NCBI GenBank assembly: GCA_951406725.2
Contig: OX597814.1
Span: 106,454,001 to 106,518,000 of the forward strand
DNA length: 64,000 nt
From: Octopus vulgaris
Lineage: Eukaryota
Reading direction: 5' to 3'
Position 1 is the first letter of the stretch, and each line of letters begins with the position of its first letter. The position numbers and the translations under genes are program-made. Positions 1 through 11,960 of this stretch are shown here, piece by piece. The notes beneath the pieces were generated by a model. It saw nothing but the letters and a program-made list of their open reading frames with translations. It ran no database searches and was not told the DNA's origin.

Positions 1-209
1 AGACCAGTGGTCTAGCATATTAAAAAAGAATCCGAAGATTAAAATATTTATATATACCAATTAAGGACTGAACACGAAAAGTGGACAGTCAACATGCTAG
101 ATATAGACGTCAAATCGTCATTCTCCACAAAAGATTATGTTCTCAGATCAAACTCAACACAAAACCATAGCAATAAACAAGTGAAAAATATACGAAATAA
201 AATAATTAC

Positions 210-274
210 CCATGTACTAACTTAGTTTCAGCTGTTATTTTCCGCAAGGAAAACTGCAGCCATCATCAGCATGG
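210..274 (-). ncRNA. Type I hammerhead ribozyme (identical copies at 715-779, 1220-1284, 1725-1789)
   Basis: Minus strand reads CCATG-CTGATGA-T-GGCTG(CAGTTTTCC TTGC GGAAAATAA)CAGCT-GAAA-CTAAGTTAG-TA-CATGG: stems I, II and III pair, core intact, GUA cleavage triplet. Confidence 0.88.
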
Positions 275-1989
275 TCCGTTATAAATGTAATTTGCTGGAC
301 TAAATGCAAACACGATACCGAAATATCGCGTGCATGGAGTTCAACCTATTACATTTGAATATATCTTTCAAATGCCTTTACTTTGGCGCGTTGGAACCCG
401 AGAAAACTAGCCTGCAGCTAATAATTAGCAGCAGTTAATTTATCGGTTAGAGAACATTTATTTATATAAAATTAATTAAGGGTAGAAATTGATATTTATC
501 AATTAAGACCAGTGGTCTAGCATATTAAAAAAGAATCCGAAGATTAAAATATTTATATATACCAATTAAGGACTGAACACGAAAAGTGGACAGTCAACAT
601 GCTAGATATAGACGGCAAATCGTCATTCTCCACAAAAGATTATGTTCTCAGATCAAACTCAACACAAAACCATAGCAATAAACAAGTGAAAAATATACGA
701 AATAAAATAATTACCCATGTACTAACTTAGTTTCAGCTGTTATTTTCCGCAAGGAAAACTGCAGCCATCATCAGCATGGTCCGTTATAAATGTAATTTGC
801 TGGACTAAATGCAAACACGATACCGAAATATCGCGTGCATGGAGTTCAACCTATTACATTTGAATATATCTTTCAAATGCCTTTACTTTGGCGCGTTGGA
901 ACCCGAGAAAACTAGCCTGCAGCTAATAATTAGCAGCAGTTAATTTATCGGTTAGAGAACATTTATTTATATAAAATTAATTAAGGGTAGAAATTGATAT
1001 TTATCAATTAAGACCAGTGGTCTAGCATATTAAAAAAGAATCCGAAGATTAAAATATTTATATATACCAATTAAGGACTGAACACGAAAAGTGGACAGTC
1101 AACATGCTAGATATAGACGGCAAATCGTCATTCTCCACAAAAGATTATGTTCTCAGATCAAACTCAACACAAAACCATAGCAATAAACAAGTGAAAAATA
1201 TACGAAATAAAATAATTACCCATGTACTAACTTAGTTTCAGCTGTTATTTTCCGCAAGGAAAACTGCAGCCATCATCAGCATGGTCCGTTATAAATGTAA
1301 TTTGCTGGACTAAATGCAAACACGATACCGAAATATCGCGTGCATGGAGTTCAACCTATTACATTTGAATATATCTTTCAAATGCCTTTACTTTGGCGCG
1401 TTGGAACCCGAGAAAACTAGCCTGCAGCTAATAATTAGCAGCAGTTAATTTATCGGTTAGAGAACATTTATTTATATAAAATTAATTAAGGGTAGAAATT
1501 GATATTTATCAATTAAGACCAGTGGTCTAGCATATTAAAAAAGAATCCGAAGATTAAAATATTTATATATACCAATTAAGGACTGAACACGAAAAGTGGA
1601 CAGTCAACATGCTAGATATAGACGGCAAATCGTCATTCTCCACAAAAGATTATGTTCTCAGATCAAACTCAACACAAAACCATAGCAATAAACAAGTGAA
1701 AAATATACGAAATAAAATAATTACCCATGTACTAACTTAGTTTCAGCTGTTATTTTCCGCAAGGAAAACTGCAGCCATCATCAGCATGGTCCGTTATAAA
1801 TGTAATTTGCTGGACTAAATGCAAACACGATACCGAAATATCGCGTGCATGGAGTTCAACCTATTACATTTGAATATATCTTTGAAAGGCATTTGAAAGA
1901 TATATTCAAATGTAATAGGTTGAACTCCATGCACGCGATATTTCGGTATCGTGTTTGCATTTAGTCCAGCAAATTACATTTATAACGGA

Positions 1990-2054
1990 CCATGCTGATG
2001 ATGGCTGCAGTTTTCCTTGCGGAAAATAACAGCTGAAACTAAGTTAGTACATGG
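1990..2054 (+). ncRNA. Type I hammerhead ribozyme in the inverted arm
   Basis: CCATG 1990-1994, CTGATGA 1995-2001, GAAA 2035-2038, stem III CTAAGTTAG, TA 2048-2049, CATGG 2050-2054; predicted cleavage after 2049. Confidence 0.88.
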
Positions 2055-2205
2055 GTAATTATTTTATTTCGTATATTTTTCACTTGTTTATTGCTATGGT
2101 TTTGTGTTGAGTTTGATCTGAGAACATAATCTTTTGTGGAGAATGACGATTTGACGTCTATATCTAGCATGTTGACTGTCCACTTTTCGTGTTCAGTCCT
2201 TAATT

Positions 2206-2291
<86 letters not shown>

Positions 2292-2315
2292 CACACACGC
2301 ATATATATGTATATA

Positions 2316-2525
2316 TTCTTTTACTCTTTTATTTGTTTCAGTTATTTGACTGCGGTCATGCGGGAGCACCCGCTTTAGTCGAACAGGTCGACCCCTGGAC
2401 TTTTTTAAGCCTAGTACTTATTCTATCGGTCTTTTTTGCCGAACCGCTAAGTTACGGAGACGTAAACACATCAACATCGGTTGTCAAGCGATGATGGGGT
2501 GGGGAGACAAGCACAGACACAGAAA
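2316..2525 (-). mobile_element. tRNA-derived SINE family A, 3' half
   Basis: Matches the 3' half of the full copies (TTTCAGT..TTGACTGCGG..ATGC..GAGCACC; GCCGAACCGCTAAG). Confidence 0.8.
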
Positions 2526-2922
2526 CACGCACACACACACACACATATATATATATACATACATACATACATACATACATACATACATTCATACATACAT
2601 ACATACATACATACATACATACATACATACATACATACATACATACATACATACATACATACATACATACAAATATAATTACATATACATTATATGTATA
2701 GCTACATATCTATGTATGTGTGTATATATCGATATACATAAAGTAAAAATTGAATATTAATTTTTACTAGTGTTCAGCGTGAGTAAAATTGTCCGTAGAC
2801 TTCAAATATTATTATATTATATGAGTGTATAAAAATTATACACGAAGAGATAGGCCACCATGTCGATTTCCAGCACGCTAGAAATAGGAGTTAAATCCCA
2901 AACCACAAAAATAAGAATACAT

Positions 2923-2966
2923 ACGATCGTACTACATTACCTCTGGATATCCTTTGTTGCTTATTT

Positions 2967-3028
<62 letters not shown>

Positions 3029-3146
3029 AAATAAGCAACAAAGGATATCCAGAGGTAATGTAGTACGATCGTTTCATGCGACTCTATTTAATCGAACAAT
3101 GCAAATATTGCATCAACTTAAATTGTAGAGCAATCTTCAGTTGCAT
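2923..3146 (-). repeat. ~48-bp inverted repeat flanking (TA)n, with a decayed hammerhead (3058-3146, minus)
   Basis: 2923-2970 is the reverse complement of 3025-3072. Minus strand reads ATGCAA-CTGAAGA-TTGC...GCAT-GAAA-CGATCG-TA-CTACAT, with stem I partly mismatched. Confidence 0.65.
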
Positions 3147-3506
3147 AAAAAAATAGAATTTAGTTAAATTCGAAGGATTCATTCGTATAGATTTTTATCC
3201 AAAATCACCAAGAGGATAAGGAGATAGAGAAAGAAGATGTTTTACCAACAACATCACAGTTGTAACTGAGATTTTTTAAAAAAAGATACTGATTATCACT
3301 GATTATTTCTGTTATTTAGATTTACTCATGGCGGGGGAGGGGTTCAGTTTTATGTATGTGTGTATAGGCATATATTTATATATATATATATATGTATATA
3401 TATATGTATATACACAGACAGAGACAGAAACAAACAGACAGGCAAACAGACAGACAGACAGACAGATAGATGTATGTGTGCGCGTGTGTGTACATGTATT
3501 TTTTGT

Positions 3507-3777
3507 GGCATCCCGTCGCTTGTAACGATCAATGGAGCAGTCTGCTCGTGAAATTAACGTGCAAGTGGTGGAGTGATTCCCTTATCGTAGTTCTCAGGGA
3601 AATTCAGCGTAACACAGAATGTGACAAGGCTGGTCCTTTGAAATTTCAGGTACAACTCATTTTTGCATTGGAGCAACGTGAAATAAAGTGCCTTGCTCAA
3701 GGACACAACGCACCGCTGGAGATTGAACCCAGAACCTTGTGATCGTGAACCAAACGCCCTAACCACTAAGCTACGCT
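3507..3777 (-). mobile_element. tRNA-derived SINE family B (related copies 16420-16752 and 47905-48278)
   Basis: Minus strand has a tRNA-like head (TAGTGGTTAGGGCG...GGTTCAATC) then GTGTCCTTGAGCAAGGCACTTT. The tail CTGCTCGTGAAATTAACGTGCAAG is shared with ~47965. Confidence 0.7.
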
Positions 3778-3782
3778 CTTAG

Positions 3783-3825
<43 letters not shown>

Positions 3826-4131
3826 CATAATTATATACATATATATATATGAGAAAACAGAGAAATATGAAGGACGAAGCCAGTGGATATTAGCAATATG
3901 AGAGCCAACGAGCTAGAACAACGCTGCAGTTGGAAAAATACGCTGTTATACATGCATGCATGTATACATATATACATATGTATGTATTTATATACATATA
4001 CACCTACTATATATGAATGTATGTATGTGTATATAATATTATATAATATTATTATATTGTATATATTATGTATATTATATAATATATAAAATTTCTGTAA
4101 TATATATTATATATGCAATATATTTTATTAG

Positions 4132-4186
<55 letters not shown>

Positions 4187-4189
4187 TAG

Positions 4190-4253
<64 letters not shown>

Positions 4254-5290
4254 TCATATATATATATATATATATATATATACTCCTGCGTACATATAAA
4301 AGAAACACGGCAAAAGACAGCGATAAAGGGAATCAACTTGTAGATAAATGGTGAGTTTAATTCGATCTGCTGGTTCTTTTCTTATATGTTATTATATAGC
4401 CACGCATGCGCGCACACACGCACGCATACACGCGCACACATATAGAACTAATATGATGCGATATGTATGTATATATCATAAATACACGAATGAAGTTAAG
4501 CTGAAAAAATATATTGAGAGAAGAGAAAAAAACGGAGATGAAAGAATTTTATTGAACATTCAGGGATTCTGTTGTGTGGCCTTTGTTAAGATCCAACGAA
4601 TTGTGGTGCTGGCATTTTGGTTGCTGGAATCATGGAACGGTAGAACATAACAATGAAGTCGAAGAGTTTGGAAAACAATTTAGGGAATCAAAGCAACAAG
4701 TTTGGTTTTTGTTTATGAATGGAATAAAACGATATAAACACACAAACATGGCAAGACAATTCAATTCGCTTCGGGCTCCATATCTTACCCTTTTTTTCTA
4801 CAAATCACCACTCCTCTATCTACGCATGTATATACATATATATGTGTGCGTGTGTGTGTGTGTGTTTTCAGGGTACGTATATGTATGTATGAATGTATGT
4901 ATGTATGTATGTATGTATGTATGTGTGTATGCATGTATGCATATGTGTATGTGTGTATGTATCTACAAATGTATGTATGTATGTGTATATCTACGCATGT
5001 ATATATATATATGTGTATTTATATGTCTATGTACGTATGTTTATATATATTTCTATTTGTATGTACGTATGTATGTACGTATGTATGTACGTATGTACGT
5101 ATGTATGTACGTACATACGTATGCATGTATATATATATATGTATGCATGTATGTATTTATGTATGTATGTGCATGTTTTTCTATGTGTGCATTATTACCG
5201 GTGCGCTTGGCAGTAGGTGTGTCTGTGTGAAATCAAGAAGTTTGCAAAGAAATGTGAATTGAAATAAAAGCATGTATATATATATGTATG

Positions 5291-5349
<59 letters not shown>

Positions 5350-6207
5350 AGGTATATATTTTAAACATGTATGCATGCGTGTTACATAAAACGTATGTAG
5401 GTGTATTAATAAGTTTGTGTGTGTGTGTGCGAATATATTGAATCAAATACACTAACACACATTACAATTGTATTTCAATATCTTGGTAACACACACACAC
5501 ACAAACGAACACACACGCAAGTACAAACACACACTCAGATATGTAGAGTAAAAGACGGTGCAGAAAATATACATAGGGAAAGAGGAGCACTGACATTCAT
5601 CTGTATATTCGAAGGTATATGGAAGATTAAAAGACAGACAGACAGATAGAAAGAGAGACAGACAGACAGACAGACAAACAGAGAGACCGATACAGGCAGA
5701 CAGGTACAGAGAGATACCGGTACACAGACAGAGTGACAGACAAATAGACAGACAGATAATAGATAGATAGAATGAGAGCAGACAGACAGATAATAGATAG
5801 ATGGAAACAGAGATAGGTTGAGAGACGGCGAAGTATAATAAAGATAGCTTGAAGAAAGTCTAATAAATAGCAAGATGAGCAATTTATATTTAAACTGTTT
5901 TCGGAATGCCATTTTTGATTACGGAGACAAAAAGCGAGGGAAAAAATTGCGAGGCCCAAAGTGAGTTTGCATGTTTGTCGGGGATGAAGGTTTGGATGCG
6001 TGTCAAATGAAGCTGTGAGAGATGATTAAAAGGAGGATATGCCAAAATGAATGGCATGGTGGCTTGTAAAAGAGGGGAATGTGAAATGAGGCGGAACACA
6101 ATCATCATTATTAATTCTTGCTGTTTTGATGGAGCCCTACTCTGCCGTTTGCTTAAAATATGACGTATGGAATGTGGAAGATAGGGGAAACACAAATATT
6201 AACACAG

Positions 6208-6251
<44 letters not shown>

Positions 6252-6585
6252 CGTATCATATCTTATATACAAGCGCGCCTCGTGTGTGCTTGTATGAAAA
6301 TTCGTATATGTATGTGTATATGTGTGTGTGTGTTTGTGTGCATTAAAGGAAATATGCATTTGTCTACATGAATATATACATAGATAATTAGACGTGCAAG
6401 CACACACACACACACGCACACGCATACACACGAAGTGTTAAATGTGCCTGTATCGGTGCAAACAAGTAAATATAGCATACATTCGCTGATAATCAATTTA
6501 CGTAAATGCACTTATCTATTGGCATACTTTCTAACGTTCTATATATACCTATACATTCATACATACAGACATACATATGTGCATA

Positions 6586-6956
6586 TACTCTTTACTCTCT
6601 TTTTTTACTCTTTTACTTGTTTCAGTCATTTGACTGCGGCCATGCTGGAGCACCACCTTTTAGTACTTATTCTATCGGTCTCTTTTTGCCGAACCGCTAA
6701 GTGACGGGGACGTAAACACACCAGCATCGGTTGTCAAGCAATGCTAGGGGGACAAACACAGACACACAAACACACACATATATACATATATACGACAGGC
6801 TTCTTTCAGTTTCCGTCTACCAAATCCACTCACAAGGCATTGGTCGGCCCGGGGCTATAGCAGAAGACACTTGCCCAAGATGCCACGCAGTGGGACTGAA
6901 CCCGCAACCGTGTGGTTGGTTAGCAAGCTACTTACCACACAGCCACTCCTGCGCCT
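6586..6956 (-). mobile_element. tRNA-derived SINE family A, full length
   Basis: Head AGGCGCAGGAGTGGCTGTGTGGTAAG (A box) ... GGTTCAGTCCC (B box), internal TA/CA tract, tail GAAACAAGTAAAAGAGTAAA. Many copies in the window. Confidence 0.88.
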
Positions 6957-7029
6957 ATATATACGTATGTATATATATATATATACGTATGTATATATAT
7001 ATATATACGTATGTATATATATATATATA

Positions 7030-7420
7030 TTCAAAAATGGAACAAGAACGCAAAACATCCAGACAGTTAGGTAACACAAAAAAAGGGACAACAAATATCT
7101 AGACATACAAGGAAAACAAGAACGGTTCATTCGGAGTTTTTTTTATCCTCAGTCGAGTTCCAGATTATCTTTGCAATTCCGGCTGGTTATACACGAGATT
7201 GTTCCAGTTTGGACAGCCCCAAGGAAAAAAATAAGCTAAGAGCATTACATTCCTTGGAAGAAATCAGCAAATATATACGAAAACAAGGGCGGAAAAACAG
7301 AGAAACGTTACACAAATACAAATAATAGTACATAACAACAGGTGTCTTTCAACTAAGAACAAGTTAAGTTAAGCTGGCGTGTGTGGAAGTAAAGCCTTAC
7401 GGCAGGGATATAAGATTTAA
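7030..7420 (-). repeat. Dispersed repeat, probable PLE 3' end; related copies 12415-12720 and 32986-33183
   Basis: Shared AAATGGAACAA(G/A)AACG..., TCATTCG...CCTCAGTC(A/G)AG and, in two copies, TAAGCTAAGAGCATTA. Two copies abut (TA)n and one lies next to a GIY-YIG fragment. Confidence 0.55.
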
Positions 7421-7695
7421 CAGGCACAGGGAAGATTATAGATGTTGCACGGATGGTAGTCGAACCAAGAACACCGGTCACTTGGGGAAAGAAGAGACGG
7501 AGGTAGAGGCAGAGGGATATGGATTTGAGACAGGTATTCTCTGTATAGAATATACTTCGTAGTACCCAAGGGATTTGAATTTGAGCAGGTAGAGGATAAG
7601 CAAATTAGGTAAGTTGATATACAAAAAGTATTAAAAACATTTAATACATAAAATGTAAATATGTATACATATGAAAAATGTCCAACTTAACATAT

Positions 7696-7924
7696 ATTCT
7701 TTCTTTTTATTCTTTTACTCGTTTCAGTCATTTTGAGTGCGGCCATGCTGGAGCAACAACTTTTTAGTCGAGCAAATCGACCCCAGGACTTATTCTTTGT
7801 AAGCCTAGTACTTATGCTATCGGTCTTTTTTGCCGAACCGCTAAGTTACGGGGAGGTAAACACACCAACATCGGTTGTCAAGCGGTGTTGGGGGACAAAC
7901 GCAGACACACAGACACATACACAC

Positions 7925-7986
<62 letters not shown>

Positions 7987-8169
7987 ATGTATATATATAC
8001 ATATATACGACGGGCATCTTTCAGTTTCCGTCTACCAAATCCACTCACAAAACTTTGGTCGGCCCGAGGCTATAGTAGAAGACACTTGCCCAAAGTGTCA
8101 CGCAGTGGGACTGAACCCGGAACCATGTGGTTGGTAAGCAAGCTATTTACCACACAGCCACTCCTGCGC
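7696..8169 (-). mobile_element. SINE family A, full length
   Basis: Same head, body and tail as 6586-6956. Confidence 0.88.
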
Positions 8170-9162
8170 ATATATACATATATATATATATAATCAATGT
8201 ACACATCATCATCATCGATGTCGTTGTTACTAGCAACCACCAATCAGCGGGAATTGCATATATATTGCAAAGATGGCGCGAGTTAAATAAGATTTGAAGC
8301 CGTTACTAATAAGCCATTCAAATCAGCTACTTGACCTGTTCTTGTGAAATATATTGCTCCGACAGTAAATATTATTTTAATTCCAAGACCCAGATTTTTT
8401 TCTGGTGGCAATTCGATTGAAGGGGCTCATATGTACCGCTAACAGTCACAGCTGTTTCAGGTTTGAAGATTTCTCATTGGCTGATGTAATTTATGGCCTA
8501 TAATCTAAACGTAAGTATTGGTTCATTCATCTCTGGCAAGTCTTTGCCGTTCATATCCACCATAGCGGCAAAACATTAAAGATTGAAGTTAAAAACATTT
8601 ACTGAACCCTGCAGCCTTTTCCCTGAAATCCGAATACCAATGAATGCTAGACATCAAACGATTTATTTATGAGACACGTGACTTTTCACGGGGTTGTTGA
8701 AACGACATTCAGGGAATGACCCTTGCCGTAAGATGAAAAATATAAAAAGTTCTAAAATAATTGTGGTTTTTGTGATATATATCCGAGACAAAAGCACATG
8801 TAAACTGCCTTTTCATTGGTTAACCAGAACAAGTAGATGTGGAATCGTGTAATCAGCACGCTGAGACACGGTCAGCGTCGAGAATTCAACAAAAGAACAT
8901 AAATAATGATTTAGCAATAAAAGAAACAGACTGTAGTCTGCTTGGATGGGCACGGAGCTTTTCACCTCGGTTGAAAGTTTGGTCTCTTTATTGTGAAATG
9001 TTGAAATAAGTTTCGAACAAGTTAACGCGTTTGAAGTTAAATTTAATTATGTCCGTTTTTGAATTTGTTTTAATCTGATTTTATAAAACATACACAACAA
9101 ACACACTCACACAAACACACACAGACACATATGTATGTATATATATATATATATATATATAC

Positions 9163-9194
<32 letters not shown>

Positions 9195-9322
9195 TTGTAT
9201 GTATGAGCGTAATAGTGCGTCAGTCTATAAGTTTGCATGTGTGTATACACACATATATATGTGTGTATGTGTGCGCGTATGTACGGACATATACATATAA
9301 GAATATAACTCATATAGCTAGA

Positions 9323-9353
<31 letters not shown>

Positions 9354-9741
9354 CATATGTATGTGTATGTGCATATGTACATGTATATATATGCATATAT
9401 AATACATATATATATGCATCTGCGTTTGCATGTATGTATGTACACACATGAGAGCACGCGCGCACACACACGCACAAACACACACGTATATATACATAAA
9501 TTTGACGGGAAAATTATAGTAAACTGAAAAAATATATAATTATGAAATGAATTTCGTTAATTCCGTTTACTTTTTGAGAGACTCTTACAGAAGTAAAATG
9601 TGCAGAACAACAACAACAACAGCAACAACAATATTAACAATATTTTAAAGAATGGTAATTAAATTTAAAAATTACGAAGAACTCATAAAAAGTTACACTT
9701 TGATACATATATATGTGTGTGTGTGTGTGTGTATGTGTGTA

Positions 9742-9772
<31 letters not shown>

Positions 9773-10026
9773 GCTTGAACAAAGTTGTAGGAAAAAAGAA
9801 AAACTAACGAATGTGGCGAAATAACTTTTGAAATGTCAGGATATAAAAACTACACATGAAACTGTACGGCATAAATGGAAGGATTCAAGATGACAGCCTT
9901 AGACATTTTTTTTTATCCAATGGCTTTTTCTAACCCAAAACTCAGACCTCTTCGTTTATTGGTTTATCTAATTCAAGACCAAAAGTTCTTAAAGATAAAT
10001 ATCTATCTATCTATCAATCTCTCTAT

Positions 10027-10105
<79 letters not shown>

Positions 10106-10258
10106 CATACATACATACATACATACATACATACATACATACATACATACATACATACATTAGACTGCTGCCATGCTGGAGCACTGCGTTGAATTTTTAG
10201 CTGACAGATTCGGCCCTAGTACTATATTTCAAGTTGGTTCTCTCGGTCTCATTTGTAG

Positions 10259-10305
10259 GGCTGTCCGACAATGGCTCAGCTGGCCGAAACCTCGAAGTTA
10301 CAGTC
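10259..10305 (+). ncRNA. Decayed hammerhead motif
   Basis: GGCTGT-CCGACAA-T-GGCT..GGCC-GAAA-CCTCGAAG-TT-ACAGTC: stems pair but core positions 4 and 8 are mutated. Confidence 0.5.
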
Positions 10306-11162
10306 AAAATTTGGTCACCACAAAAATTTAGAATAACCCAATGTAAAACTGTCTCAAGCATAACTGAACATAAAACAAAAATAAATTATATATATATACT
10401 GTATATACGCACATGGATATGTATGTATATATATATCAGAGGTGACATCAGGTCATTAGTGTCACTCGGGCTCATCACAGATTTCGCATGACACATGCCT
10501 GCTCGAAGCATTTCATGTTTTTCCGCCATATTTCTAACCCTTAATGGCTTATTTTTTATATCTTGCACTATGTCTTTCTCCATTTCTAAGTTAAGCGTAA
10601 AAATAAAGCAACCCTGCAAAACACAACTGATCTTTACACACAGACTCACAAAATATCAGCAACCAAATAACAACAGCGGAGTGCACAATTGTTGCTCTGA
10701 CTGTCGCCTGTACTCTTGACAAGAGATGCCAGTTTATTCTTTTACACCTGCCAGTCTCATTTGTATTTGCCTGAGTTGATGAATAATTTTTTGTTCCTTT
10801 AAGAATATTGTTAGTATATATATATATACAGACATATAGCGAGAAGTTGAGGTCATAAGAGATAATGGTGTCATTGAGACCCAAATTTGTCAGGTAATGC
10901 TGAATAAGTGGTATAGACAGACCATAGTTTAGTTCTAGAATCGGTAATATTGCGAATAAAAGGTTCAACGTTGGTTCTATGTCAGCGTGTGTATATAAGA
11001 ATTTTTTGCGTAAAAAGATAAAAAAACCAAGGCTGCATAGATATTAATATCTATACAAACTTGTTTTTTTTATCTTATTACGAAAAAAATATATATATAT
11101 ATATATATTACGGAGATGTACTTGCATAGCAAGTGATTTGATCTGAGATCGTGTTCTGAAAC

Positions 11163-11454
11163 GAAAACAATTGCAGCGTGGAAGGTGTTTGTAAGCCATT
11201 TAAGAAACTCAAAAGCCATTCGATTCACTACGACATTTAAGTTTAATTTGTCAAAATATTTTCGTCGCTTTAAGACCGCGACCTGTTCACTGACAAAAAT
11301 CTGTCTGAGATGCAGCACGCATTTTTATCAGTGAATAGGTCGCGGTCTTAAAGCGACAAAAATATTTTGACAAATTAAACTTAAATGTCGTAGTAAATCG
11401 AACGGCTTTTATGTGTTTCTTAAATGGCTTATAAACACCTTCCACGCTGCAATA

Positions 11455-11459
<5 letters not shown>
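11163..11459. repeat. Fold-back element between (TA)n tracts, ~140-bp diverged arms
   Basis: ATTGCAGCGTGGAAGGTGTTT...TGACAAAAAT (to ~11300) mirrored by ATTTTTATCAGTG...AAACACCTTCCACGCTGCAAT (11321-11453). Confidence 0.85.
11247..11297 (-). ncRNA. Hammerhead variant with G3-C8 core (GUGAACA)
   Basis: TTTGTCA-GTGAACA-G-GTCGC(GGTCTTAAA)GCGAC-GAAA-ATAT-TT-TGACAAA: 7-bp stem I, 5-bp stem II, palindromic minimal stem III. Confidence 0.6.
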
Positions 11460-11511
<52 letters not shown>

Positions 11512-11669
11512 GGATAAGAAAACGAATGGTTTACACCTAGTAGCTTATTGGTAAAGCAGGATCACTTTCACAGTGATCGTTGTGTATATGGCAAATAAAA
11601 GACGGAAGATGGGATATACGTATGTTTGTAAATTATATTAACAGTAATTCGAAATTCATTATCACTGCA

Positions 11670-11960
11670 TTATACGAAAGTACATTTATATGCGTGTAGG
11701 CATTTCGAGAGTCTTTCAGAAAGTCTATTAATGATCTTCTCGTTAGTCCAGAGAATAGACAGGGCTTCCTCAGAGCAGAGACGGCATCTCCTTGAAATTA
11801 TATTGTATGGTTTCGTGTGCCTTACTATGGACCAAGTTATGTTGTATTTCATTTTATCCTCCTTTAGTCGCCATACAAAATCTATCAAAGGTGTTGTATG
11901 TCTCTTACTGATTGTCTTAAAATTGGCGATATGGTTACGATAACGATTCTTAAATAAATG
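11670..11960 (-). pseudogene. PLE GIY-YIG endonuclease C-terminal fragment (Naiad/Chlamys-like)
   Basis: FKNRYRNHIANF...LIDFVWRLK...ITWSIV...PY...CRLCSEE...INR..E..SKCLH resembles the C-terminus of Naiad-type PLE proteins. Confidence 0.7.

Larger units (their letters stand above)
1..2215 (-). mobile_element. Non-coding 505-bp tandem array (>=3.7 units, cut by the window start) plus inverted arm 1885-2215; HHR-bearing retrozyme-like / PLE pseudo-LTR element
   Basis: AGACCAGTGGTCTAGC recurs at 1, 506, 1011 and 1516 (period 505). After ...GAATATATCTTT at 1883 the sequence switches to the reverse complement (AAAGGCATTTGAAAG...) and runs into (TA)n at ~2208. Each unit has one hammerhead. Confidence 0.85.

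Noticed and set aside
1-1883. CRISPR array or plain satellite
   Set aside because: Units are 505 bp with no spacers; the context is eukaryotic, and the ribozyme plus inversion point to a retroelement.
6880-6956. tRNA gene
   Set aside because: A/B-box head of a SINE; no full cloverleaf and it continues into the SINE body.
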